Source: Escherichia coli
GTDB lineage: Bacteria > Pseudomonadota > Gammaproteobacteria > Enterobacterales > Enterobacteriaceae
Strand: one strand, 5' to 3'
NCBI RefSeq assembly: GCF_029227855.1
Contig: NZ_CP074356.1
DNA: 64,000 nt
Shown here piece after piece: positions 1 to 9,103 of the stretch; the first letter of the stretch is position 1; every line of letters starts with the position of its first letter. Made by a program: the position numbers and the translations under genes. The notes beneath the pieces were generated by a model. It saw nothing but the letters and a program-made list of their open reading frames with translations. It did no database searches and was not told where the DNA came from.

Positions 1-1
1 G

Positions 2-307
2 GTCGGCCTGCAGTTGGATTGTCGAGAACTGCCCGATTATCTACCGCTGTATCTGGAGTACTTAAGCGTACTACCGGACGATCAGGCGAAAGAAGGCTTG
101 CTCAACGTTGCGCCGATCCTCGCCCTGCTTGGCGGACGCTTAAAACAACGCGAGGCACCGTGGTACGCGTTATTTGACACCCTGTTGCAACTGGCAGGAA
201 GTACACTTTCAAGTGACAGTGTCACAAAACAGGTGAACAGTGAGGAGCGCGATGACACCCGCCAGGCTGGATGCGGTGTGGGAAGAGGAACAGGTGAAGT
301 TTATTGA
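2..307 (+). CDS. narW: Nitrate reductase 2 assembly chaperone NarW, 3' portion (5' end lies outside window); upstream frame terminates at 307
   Basis: Open frame from window edge with NarJ/NarW-like sequence (LPDYLPLYLEYLSVLPDD...); immediately upstream of narV. See finding on 3' frame discontinuity. Confidence 0.75.
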   Translation, partial: VGLQLDCRELPDYLPLYLEYLSVLPDDQAKEGLLNVAPILALLGGRLKQREAPWYALFDTLLQLAGSTLSSDSVTKQVNSEERDDTRQAGCGVGRGTGEVY

Positions 308-412
308 AGATAACGCCACGGCGTGTGACAGCTCGCCGCTTAATCAATATCAGCGACGCTTTAGCCAGAATGTCGCGCCGCAGTATGTCGACATCAGTGC
401 GGGAGGTGGGAA

Positions 413-1093
413 ATGATTCAGTATCTGAACGTCTTTTTTTATGATATCTACCCGTACATTTGTGCGACAGTGTTTTTCCTCGGCAGCTGGCTGCGCTACG
501 ACTACGGGCAGTATACCTGGCGCGCCTCCTCGAGTCAGATGCTCGATAAACGCGGGATGGTGATATGGTCGAATCTGTTCCATATCGGCATTTTGGGGAT
601 TTTCTTCGGGCACCTGTTCGGCATGTTAACGCCGCACTGGATGTACGCGTGGTTTCTGCCGGTGGCGGTAAAACAGCAGATGGCGATGGTGCTCGGTGGT
701 ATTTGCGGTGTATTGACGCTGATTGGCGGCGCAGGACTGCTGTGGCGCAGGCTGACAAATCAGCGCGTGCGTGCCACTTCCACTACGCCGGATATTATCA
801 TCATGATCATTTTGCTGATTCAGTGTCTGCTAGGGCTAAGTACCATACCGTTTTCAGCACAGTATCCTGATGGTAGCGAAATGATGAAGCTGGTGGGTTG
901 GGCGCAAAGCATTGTCACTTTCCGTGGTGGATCGTCAGAAATGCTTAACGGCGTAGCGTTCGTTTTCCGCCTGCATCTGGTGTTGGGAATGACCATCTTC
1001 CTGCTCTTCCCGTTCACCCGACTGGTGCATGTGTGGAGCGCGCCGTTTGAGTACTTTACTCGTCGGTATCAGATTGTGCGCTCGCGGCGATAA
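413..1093 (+). CDS. narV: Respiratory nitrate reductase 2 gamma subunit
   Basis: 226-aa multi-helix membrane protein recognised as NarV/NarI family; ATG start; position after narW. Confidence 0.9.
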   Translation: MIQYLNVFFYDIYPYICATVFFLGSWLRYDYGQYTWRASSSQMLDKRGMVIWSNLFHIGILGIFFGHLFGMLTPHWMYAWFLPVAVKQQMAMVLGGICGVLTLIGGAGLLWRRLTNQRVRATSTTPDIIIMIILLIQCLLGLSTIPFSAQYPDGSEMMKLVGWAQSIVTFRGGSSEMLNGVAFVFRLHLVLGMTIFLLFPFTRLVHVWSAPFEYFTRRYQIVRSRR

Positions 1094-1171
1094 TTTCACC
1101 CTGGCCGGATAGCCCTTCGCTCTCCGGCCACTTGCAGGCTATGATAGTTCTCCAGTCACAGGAGAACGTTA

Positions 1172-2065
1172 ATGAAACCGCAGGTTTACCACGTCGATGC
1201 TTTTACCTCTCAACCATTTCGCGGCAATTCTGCCGGTGTTGTTTTCCCCGCCGATAATCTCAGTGAAGCGCAAATGCAGCTTATCGCCCGCGAATTAGGT
1301 CATTCCGAAACTGCTTTTCTGCTGCACAGCGACGACAGCGATGTGCGCATCCGCTACTTTACGCCAACAGTTGAAGTGCCGATTTGTGGTCACGCGACGG
1401 TAGCAGCGCATTATGTACGTTCGAAGGTATTAGGTTTGGGAAATTGCACGGTCTGGCAAACATCGCTGGCAGGAAAACACCGCGTGACTATAGAAAAGCA
1501 AAATGATGATTATCGTATTTCGCTGGAACAAGGTACTCCTGGCTTTGAGCTACCACTGACAGGTGAAACACGAGCGGCAATTATCAACGCGCTTCATCTC
1601 ACTGAAGACGATATTCTGCCAGGCTTGCCAATTCAGGTGGCTACCACAGGACACTCAAAAGTGATGATTCCACTGAAGCCGGAAGTGGATATCGACGCCC
1701 TTTCGCCTGACCTTAATGTGCTGACCGCTATCAGCAAACAGATTGGCTGCAATGGTTTCTTCCCGTTCCAGATCCGCCCAGGCAAAAACGAAACCGATGG
1801 TCGCATGTTCTCGCCTGCGATTGGTATTGTGGAAGATCCGGTGACCGGCAATGCCAATGGCCCGATGGGTGCATGGTTGGTACATCACAACGTATTGCCC
1901 CACGATGGCAACGTGTTGCGCGTTAAAGGCCATCAGGGGCGCGCATTGGGGCGTGACGGCGTGATTGAAGTGACGGTGACAATTCGCGATAACCAACCGG
2001 AGAAAGTCACCATTTCTGGCACAGCGGTGATTTTGTTTCATGCCGAATGGGCAATCGAATTCTGA
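1172..2065 (+). CDS. yddE: PhzF-family isomerase-like protein
   Basis: 297-aa ORF with GGAGA RBS 8 nt upstream; sequence recognised as YddE (PhzF superfamily). Confidence 0.9.
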   Translation: MKPQVYHVDAFTSQPFRGNSAGVVFPADNLSEAQMQLIARELGHSETAFLLHSDDSDVRIRYFTPTVEVPICGHATVAAHYVRSKVLGLGNCTVWQTSLAGKHRVTIEKQNDDYRISLEQGTPGFELPLTGETRAAIINALHLTEDDILPGLPIQVATTGHSKVMIPLKPEVDIDALSPDLNVLTAISKQIGCNGFFPFQIRPGKNETDGRMFSPAIGIVEDPVTGNANGPMGAWLVHHNVLPHDGNVLRVKGHQGRALGRDGVIEVTVTIRDNQPEKVTISGTAVILFHAEWAIEF

Positions 2066-2115
2066 AACCGTTGCCTGGTGCGCTTCTCTTATCAGGTCTA
2101 CAACCGAGCTAATGT

Positions 2116-2148
2116 ATGCCGGATAAGGCGTTTACGCCGCATCCGGCA
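2116..2148. repeat. REP (repetitive extragenic palindromic) element
   Basis: gccggataaggcgtttacgccgcatccggca imperfect palindrome typical of E. coli REP units in the yddE-nhoA convergent intergenic region. Confidence 0.6.
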
Positions 2149-2160
2149 ACCTGACATAAA

Positions 2161-3006
2161 TTATTTTCCCGCCTCCGGGTGCGTATCAAACGCCGCCATC
2201 ACCAGCGCTAACTCATCCACAGTAAAGCCATGTTTCACATCATCCACGCCCAGACCAAACTGTTCCTGCATCACGGCATATAACGACGCCACATCTGGTA
2301 GATTTCGCTGTTCCACCGCGTGCCCATTTTCATAATGGGTAAAATGAAAATTGGTCAGCGTTAGCTTGCCGCCGTCCGGCAAATGGCGGCACATCAGCAA
2401 ATGATGGCGAAAATGCGACTGTGGCCAGTGCGCCGACCAGAAATTGCCCATCACATAATCGCTTTGTTGCTGCTCGCAGAGATCAAAACGGTACATCGAC
2501 TGCCAGTGCTGATGATGATTAAACTGCAACACCCAATCATCACCCTCCTGTAACAACCGATACTCTCCGTGTGGCGTGATCTGCACGAGATCGGGAACTA
2601 AACGAATCGGCGCGGTTAGCGTCTGTCCACCGAAACCGACATCAGCAATCCATTTTTCCCCTTCCAGTTCCACCAACAGTAAACGATGGGTGCGCGGCGG
2701 CAATGCTGGCGGATTTGATAACACTACACGACCTAACAAGCTGCGAACGTTAAACCCCAGCTCGCGTAACACCCGCTCAAACACGCCATTCTGCTCAAAA
2801 CAGTAACCGCCACGACGGGCTGTCACCAGTTTCTCTTCCAGCGATTGATCATCAAGCTGTATTTCCCTCGGCAGCAAAACGTCGAGGTTTTCAAATGGAA
2901 TGGTGCAATTGTGTTTCAGGTGCAATGCACGCAGCGTATCAATATTGGCCGCAGCAGCTCCCAACCAGTTAATACGGGCAAAATAGTGATTCAGAATGGG
3001 CGTCAT
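2161..3006 (-). CDS. nhoA: Arylamine N-acetyltransferase (N-hydroxyarylamine O-acetyltransferase)
   Basis: 281-aa ORF recognised as NhoA/NAT family. Confidence 0.9.
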   Translation of the reverse strand: MTPILNHYFARINWLGAAAANIDTLRALHLKHNCTIPFENLDVLLPREIQLDDQSLEEKLVTARRGGYCFEQNGVFERVLRELGFNVRSLLGRVVLSNPPALPPRTHRLLLVELEGEKWIADVGFGGQTLTAPIRLVPDLVQITPHGEYRLLQEGDDWVLQFNHHQHWQSMYRFDLCEQQQSDYVMGNFWSAHWPQSHFRHHLLMCRHLPDGGKLTLTNFHFTHYENGHAVEQRNLPDVASLYAVMQEQFGLGVDDVKHGFTVDELALVMAAFDTHPEAGK

Positions 3007-3180
3007 CAGGCGTTTCCCTTAGTGGTTTTCTCAACTTATAACCTGGAATAGACGCCGCACTGGCTATTTTGTGCGATCGCGGACATGCATCACGTTCGCA
3101 AATCGCCAATCCCGTTAATTTCGTTACTTATTGCGTTACGAGCTACGCTTTTAAAACACCCTTCATAGCGAGGCGATATC

Positions 3181-3750
3181 GTGAGCCAATTCATTCCCGT
3201 CGAATTACACCATGCCAGCCGTCTGTTAAATCATGGCCCAACTGTCATGATCACCAGTTTCGATGAGCAATCCCAGCGGCGTAACATTATGGCAGCAGCC
3301 TGGTCAATGCCGGTGGAGTTTGAACCGCCACGCGTGGCGATTGTGGTAGATAAATCGACATGGACCAGGGAGTTGATTGAACGTAATGGTAAGTTTGGCA
3401 TCGTTATCCCGGGTGTTGCAGCAACTAACTGGACGTGGGCGGTGGGAAGTGTGTCGGGGCGTGATGAAGATAAGTTTAATTGCTATGGTATTCCGGTTGT
3501 GAAAGGTCCGGTGCTTGGTTTGCCGCTGGTCGAGGAAAAATGTCTGGCGTGGATGGAGTGTCGCCTGCTACCTGCAACTTCCGCGCAAGAAAAATACGAT
3601 ACGCTATTTGGCGAAGTGGTATCTGCAGCGGCAGACGCACGAGTATTTGTCGAAGGCCGCTGGCAGTTTGATGATGACAAACTCAATACGTTGCATCATT
3701 TAGGTGCTGGCACGTTTGTTACCAGCGGCAAGCGTGTTACGGCAGGTTAA
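3181..3750 (+). CDS. yddH: Flavin reductase-like domain protein
   Basis: 189-aa ORF recognised as YddH; synteny. Confidence 0.85.
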   Translation: MSQFIPVELHHASRLLNHGPTVMITSFDEQSQRRNIMAAAWSMPVEFEPPRVAIVVDKSTWTRELIERNGKFGIVIPGVAATNWTWAVGSVSGRDEDKFNCYGIPVVKGPVLGLPLVEEKCLAWMECRLLPATSAQEKYDTLFGEVVSAAADARVFVEGRWQFDDDKLNTLHHLGAGTFVTSGKRVTAG

Positions 3751-3753
3751 GCA

Positions 3754-3981
3754 TTACATGCTGTAACCGGGTTTCTTTATCAAAGCCTCCATTTGGGGCT
3801 CGATTTCGGCATCCCAGATAGCTTGCCAAGATTCTGGTTGAATCTGCTGTAGAGAAATGCTTATCGAGCTATCTTTACTGTTCAGATGGCGAATAATAAC
3901 GTCGGTAATATCTGCAGCAAGTGCTGCTTTTTGTTGTTCGTCCAGTTCACGCGGAAAACATTTAATGTCTATGTGCGGCAT
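3754..3981 (-). CDS. pptA: Tautomerase PptA (4-oxalocrotonate tautomerase family)
   Basis: Start at MPHIDIK (N-terminal Pro after Met is the tautomerase catalytic signature); 75 aa; longer ORF-track version adds a non-native N-terminal extension. Confidence 0.85.
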   Translation of the reverse strand: MPHIDIKCFPRELDEQQKAALAADITDVIIRHLNSKDSSISISLQQIQPESWQAIWDAEIEPQMEALIKKPGYSM

Positions 3982-4286
3982 GATTGTGCTCCTTTTGAAA
4001 GATGTCAGTAAAATTAACACACGTTGTGAATGTCGTGTGTCCGGTAATGCGTTTTTACGGCAATAATGCCTACTTGAAATTGTACATATTTGTACTACAC
4101 ACTTTTAAATAAAGCGCCAATGAAAACGTTAACTTGCAGAATATATTCTTCGCCAACATGCCATTAAGAAAACATCAAGTTCCCGGCTTGCCAATTTGTT
4201 AACGCCCATTATAGTTATTCTTGCCCTCACTAAAAATTTTCATCCGTAATTACCCCCAATAAAAATCCATTCTGGAGACGCTTAAG

Positions 4287-6263
4287 ATGCAGCTTAATCA
4301 TATCGTTAAAAGTCTGCTAATAACGGGATTATTCACCACCAGTTCTTTACCTCTCCTCGCGGCGGAAGCTCCTAAAGACGCCACCGCAGCCACGCAACAA
4401 GCAAACAATTTACTCTACAACCAGTTGCCGTTTGCCGATAACACTGACTTTACTGATGCCCATAAAGGTTTTATTGCCCCTATCCCTCAAGACGTGATTA
4501 AGGGCGAACAAGGGAATGTTATCTGGGATCCACAACATTACGCTTTTATCAAAGAAGGCGATAAAGCCCCTGATACGGTGAATCCGAGTTTATGGCGTCA
4601 GGCGCAACTGATAAATATCAGCGGGTTATTCGAAGTAACTGAAGGTGTCTATCAGATTCGCAATCTCGATCTATCAAATATGACCATCATTGAAGGCAAA
4701 GAGGGTATTACCGTCGTTGATCCCCTTGTTTCAGCAGAAACAGCCAAAGTGGGTATGGATCTCTATTACAAAAATCGCGGCAAAAAACCGGTAGTGGCGG
4801 TTATCTATACACACAGTCATGTCGATCACTACGGTGGTGTTCGTGGCGTAATTGATGAAGCTGACGTTAAATCAGGCAAAGTTAAAATCTATGCGCCAGC
4901 CGGATTTTTGGAGGAAGCCGTTTCCGAAAACATCATGGCTGGCAATGTTATGAGCCGACGAGCCAGTTATATGTATGGCAACTTATTGAAACCTGATGTT
5001 AAAGGCCAGGTGGGGGCTGGACTGGGAACGACTACTTCAGCAGGAACAGTCACGTTGATTGCTCCTACTAACTACATCACCAAAACCGGACAAAAAGAAA
5101 CTATTGACGGGTTGACTTATGATTTCCTGATGGCGCCAGGTTCTGAAGCGCCTTCTGAAATGCTGTGGTTTATTGAAGAAAAGAAACTGATCGAAACCGC
5201 TGAAGATGTCACGCACACCCTTCATAACACCTATTCGCTGCGTGGGGCTAAAATTCGCCAACCGCTGCCGTGGTCAAAATATATTAATGAAGCTCTCAAT
5301 TTGTGGGGTGATAAAGCCGAGATTATTCTCGCTCAACATCACTGGCCAACCTGGGGCAACGATAACGTGGTCAAACTGCTTAAAAGCCAGCGTGATTTGT
5401 ATCGTTACATCAATGATCAAACTCTGCGCATGGCTAATCAAGGGATGACCCGTGATGAAATTGCCGCAAACTTTAAACTGCCCTCTTCACTGGCTAACAC
5501 CTGGGCGAATCGCGGCTATTACGGTTCGGTAAGTCATGACGTGAAAGCAACTTACGTGCTTTATCTCGGCTGGTTTGATGGTAACCCCGCGACGCTTGAT
5601 GAACTGCCGCCAGAAGAAGGCGCAAAAAAATTCGTCGAGTATATGGGCGGTGCTGATGCCATTTTACAGAAAGCCAAACAGGATTATGACCAGGGTAATT
5701 TCCGCTGGGTTGCCCAAGTTGTTAGTAAGGTGGTGTTTGCCGATCCAAACAACCAGGCAGCGAGAGATCTGGAAGCTGATGCGCTTGAGCAGTTAGGCTA
5801 TCAGGCTGAATCTGGGCCGTGGCGTAATTTCTATCTCACTGGTGCACAGGAATTGCGTAATGGCGTACAAAAATTACCAACACCAAATACTGCCAGCCCA
5901 GACACCGTGCGTGCGATGACGCCGGAGATGTTCTTTGATTATCTTGCCGTCCATATTAATGGTGAGAAAGCGGCAGATGCCAAAACCGTGTTGAATTTCG
6001 ATTTTGGTGAAGATGGCGGCACCTATAAAGTGGAGCTTGAAAATGGTGTTCTCAATCATACCGCTGGTGTAGAGGCTTCGGATGCTGATGCCACTATCAC
6101 TCTGTCTCGTGATGTATTGAACAAAATTGTACTGAAAGAAGAGACGCTGAAAGAAGCCACGGCCAAAGGAGATGTCAAAATTACTGGCAATGAGGAAAAA
6201 CTCAACGAGCTGTTAGGTTATATGGATAATTTTGAATTTTGGTTCAATATAGTGACACCATAA
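4287..6263 (+). CDS. Secreted YjcS/SdsA1-like alkyl (aryl) sulfatase, metallo-beta-lactamase fold
   Basis: 658 aa; N-terminal signal peptide (LLITGLFTTSSLPLLAAEA); THSHVDHYGG metal-binding motif; RBS GGAGA upstream. Accessory relative to the K-12 gene order as remembered. Confidence 0.8.
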   Translation: MQLNHIVKSLLITGLFTTSSLPLLAAEAPKDATAATQQANNLLYNQLPFADNTDFTDAHKGFIAPIPQDVIKGEQGNVIWDPQHYAFIKEGDKAPDTVNPSLWRQAQLINISGLFEVTEGVYQIRNLDLSNMTIIEGKEGITVVDPLVSAETAKVGMDLYYKNRGKKPVVAVIYTHSHVDHYGGVRGVIDEADVKSGKVKIYAPAGFLEEAVSENIMAGNVMSRRASYMYGNLLKPDVKGQVGAGLGTTTSAGTVTLIAPTNYITKTGQKETIDGLTYDFLMAPGSEAPSEMLWFIEEKKLIETAEDVTHTLHNTYSLRGAKIRQPLPWSKYINEALNLWGDKAEIILAQHHWPTWGNDNVVKLLKSQRDLYRYINDQTLRMANQGMTRDEIAANFKLPSSLANTWANRGYYGSVSHDVKATYVLYLGWFDGNPATLDELPPEEGAKKFVEYMGGADAILQKAKQDYDQGNFRWVAQVVSKVVFADPNNQAARDLEADALEQLGYQAESGPWRNFYLTGAQELRNGVQKLPTPNTASPDTVRAMTPEMFFDYLAVHINGEKAADAKTVLNFDFGEDGGTYKVELENGVLNHTAGVEASDADATITLSRDVLNKIVLKEETLKEATAKGDVKITGNEEKLNELLGYMDNFEFWFNIVTP

Positions 6264-6275
6264 ATTTACTGCATA

Positions 6276-6301
6276 CCGGGCAGGTATCCTGCCCTTTTTT
6301 G
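6276..6301 (+). terminator. Rho-independent terminator after sulfatase gene
   Basis: GC stem gggcagg-tat-cctgccc followed by T-run (tttttt). Confidence 0.7.
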
Positions 6302-6309
6302 GTTAAAAA

Positions 6310-7407
6310 ATGGCTGAACGAAGAAAAACTCATCACTCATGGAAAACCCGCCGCAATATGGTTATTCGCGGCATGACGATTAGTTTGCCATGGTTTGCTT
6401 TTATCAATGTCAGTTTTGCATTGATAATTTTGCTGCGCCGTGTTCTGTTTAATGACCTTACTCCACCCTGGTTAAATGAAAAAAGCCTTATACATTCTAT
6501 TGATATATCTGCAACGGGTATTCTGCTGATTTGCAGTGGTTTACTACTCATCCCTCGGCAAAAAACATTACCTATCCAGGTGCTATTAGTTGCCCTGAGC
6601 CTGCTATGGTCATGGTGTAGTTATCACTTTATTGCGTACTGGACGCTGCAGTTTGCTTATCCACTATGTGTATTATTAATGCTTAGTGGCGTTGTCGCAA
6701 TTTATTTCCATACCCCATCATTGCTCGCATTTGTCATTCCCTTATGGTTCACCACTCCAATAGCGAGTCTTATGCTTAATCAACAGATCAATATTCATTT
6801 TGCTGTTGTATGGTGTATTTTTTCACTGGCGCTATATGGTGGGCGACTCATTTTGTTACGTTGGTTTGAAGAAGCATGGGTACAAAACAGTTATAACAAC
6901 CAGTTAATTAATCGCCTTGATGCATTAGCACATCGTGCTCCTTTAACTGGGATAGCAAACCGACGTGCAATGAACAGTATCTTACACGACACGATGGATA
7001 ACGGCGGGTCATTTGCTCTTATTATGCTGGATGTCGATTTTTTTAAACGTTACAACGACACTTACGGGCATCCTGCTGGGGATCGTTGTCTAATACAAGT
7101 TGCCGACGCTCTACAGCGTTCAACTCGCCAGTCGGAGGATGTTGTTGTCCGTTATGGTGGCGAAGAGTTTGCCATCATACTTTTTAATGCAACATTGCCG
7201 GAAGCAGAGACGGTAGCAGCCAGAGTGAAGCAAGAACTTAAACTGGCAGCTATCCCACATCAGGCATCTGCTGTTAATGCATTCGTTACGGTTAGTCAGG
7301 GGATTACCTGTTCTGCTCCCGCAAAAACGGCTGAACAAATTATTTCAGATGCCGACGCTGCGTTATACCGGGCGAAAGAAAGTGGGCGAAATCGATGGGC
7401 TTTATAA
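6310..7407 (+). CDS. Membrane-anchored diguanylate cyclase (GGDEF domain, intact GGEEF active site)
   Basis: 365-aa ORF; N-terminal half has multiple hydrophobic helices, C-terminal half has the RYGGEEF motif. Exact start uncertain (alternative ATG at 6358). Confidence 0.75.
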   Translation: MAERRKTHHSWKTRRNMVIRGMTISLPWFAFINVSFALIILLRRVLFNDLTPPWLNEKSLIHSIDISATGILLICSGLLLIPRQKTLPIQVLLVALSLLWSWCSYHFIAYWTLQFAYPLCVLLMLSGVVAIYFHTPSLLAFVIPLWFTTPIASLMLNQQINIHFAVVWCIFSLALYGGRLILLRWFEEAWVQNSYNNQLINRLDALAHRAPLTGIANRRAMNSILHDTMDNGGSFALIMLDVDFFKRYNDTYGHPAGDRCLIQVADALQRSTRQSEDVVVRYGGEEFAIILFNATLPEAETVAARVKQELKLAAIPHQASAVNAFVTVSQGITCSAPAKTAEQIISDADAALYRAKESGRNRWAL

Positions 7408-7480
7408 GCATTAGGGGACTGGACAGATTACGTCTCTCCTCGCTTAACAAGGGCTGACGGAGGGTAATAATTGTCTATAG

Positions 7481-8032
7481 CTATCTTCTTAGCGATGTCT
7501 TTCTGGTATCACATTGGGTCGGTGCAATTATTTTTCCTTTAATACCCATTATGTTAAGAAATTCAGAAACAGCTGTAATCTCATTGTTTTTTTCATTCGT
7601 CTTGATCTTCCAAGGAATCTGACTGTGCATTATTGAGAACACACTAATAACGTGAATCGCTCCCTTGCGACGACTCTTGTCATAAGAGTACCGGAGCGTT
7701 TTTCCATCAATTGCAATGACGTCTTTATCATCTGAAGAATGGCAGTCAAGCATCCAGTTAATAAAGCACTCATGAAATTTTTCAGGACTGATACAGGATA
7801 CAACTCTGGCAATGGTATCGTGAACAGGAATACCATTATCAAAATCACCATATTGCTTCAAAAAATCGAGATGTGTTTCCCCAAAATCCTCTATATCTTC
7901 CCAGCCTTCTGCACCCGAAATAATGGCACAAATAGTCAACAGTAGAATATCCGATAATTTATGTTCCACTTTCCAGGCTTGTCTGTAATCGGGGGTAATA
8001 GAAATATGTTCCATCAATTTTTTAAATTCCAT
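7481..8032 (-). pseudogene. Truncated H-repeat-associated (ISAs1-family) transposase, N-terminal 5' fragment
   Basis: 183-aa ORF about 85 percent identical over roughly 170 aa to the N-terminus of the intact H-rpt ORF at 14075..15211, then diverges and terminates; shared upstream flank as well. Confidence 0.8.
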
Positions 8033-8617
8033 TTTGTTCTCCTTAATTATGTAAGGAGTATTTGATCATGTATAAGCAATAAAAAACAGCTTTAGGTAAT
8101 GAGGAATATCTCAATTTTTAAACATAAAATGCGAATTATTTAGTACAAAAAAGCAGCGTTACGTGATCTTTCCGTGGATCGTCAAATTGTTCGAGAGAAA
8201 ATACCAACATGATGGATTTTACTGTAAAAGTAATGTCGTAGTTTAAAAACTCATCATCCGGTAAAGCCTTGTGGGGCGTGGGCTTTCATACTTTTACCCT
8301 GATGTCTGCTATACGCCGGACACCCTTTACGTAGCATTCGGAATTCACCCGTAAATTTATCACGGCGGTATCACGAAACCTCCGGTTCTGATGCCGCTTA
8401 GGACTAACGACACGTCAACACAGGTTCGGGTTTATTCATTTCACTGTATCTCATATAATCTGAGCACTCCCCCTGCGCTCGCTACTATGACTCTTTACCA
8501 CAGCAACCGGGGTTGTTTGGGATCGGCTTTCAACAGCAGATCCCGGTGGCTATTGCAAGTAAGTCTACTTTCCACATCAGTGTTACTGACACAGAAAATA
8601 ATGAGTTATGATCCTTG

Positions 8618-9103
8618 TCATATTTTTAATATAGCCCCATGAGCTATAGGATCAAAACCTTCTAACCATGAGGTGTTTTTATCGAATAATGCACCTGTTA
8701 TATTTATATCGCCATATCTATCACATAATAAATTAGCGCCACATAAGTCAGCACCAGAAAAATTTGAATCTTTAACGTCTGCATTGCAAAAGGTTGAATT
8801 AGTTAATATAGCACCCTCAAAGTTTGCACCTATTGACCTTGAATTACTAAAGTCACTTCCAGTGAAATCTGAGTTATTAAGAATAGCGTTCATCAGAGCC
8901 GCATTGCGAAAGACAGCATTTCTAGTTGATGTATGTTGAATCATTACATTTCTTAAATGGGAATTTTCAAATTTCGCCCCATCAAGACAATAACCATTGA
9001 GGATGGCACGATGTAGATCCATCCCGCTAAAATCATATCCAGCAAGAGTGGTACTATCTATATCAAGAAATTTATTGGTTATTAAAAACGCGATTCTTAT
9101 CAT
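8618..9103 (-). CDS. Pentapeptide-repeat protein, predicted Rhs immunity protein (positional equivalent of K-12 ydcD)
   Basis: 161 aa; about 20 consecutive A(D/N)(L/F)xx-type pentapeptide repeats ([15 protein letters not shown] ... [15 protein letters not shown]); start codon overlaps the rhs stop in ATGA arrangement; AT-rich. Confidence 0.8.
   Translation of the reverse strand: MIRIAFLITNKFLDIDSTTLAGYDFSGMDLHRAILNGYCLDGAKFENSHLRNVMIQHTSTRNAVFRNAALMNAILNNSDFTGSDFSNSRSIGANFEGAILTNSTFCNADVKDSNFSGADLCGANLLCDRYGDINITGALFDKNTSWLEGFDPIAHGAILKI

Noticed and set aside
8618-9103. Interpretation of the pentapeptide-repeat ORF as a Qnr-type quinolone resistance gene
   Set aside because: Its ATGA coupling to the Rhs stop codon, AT-rich composition and position as the first ORF downstream of an Rhs tip fit an immunity protein far better than an acquired resistance determinant; pentapeptide-repeat architecture alone does not indicate Qnr.
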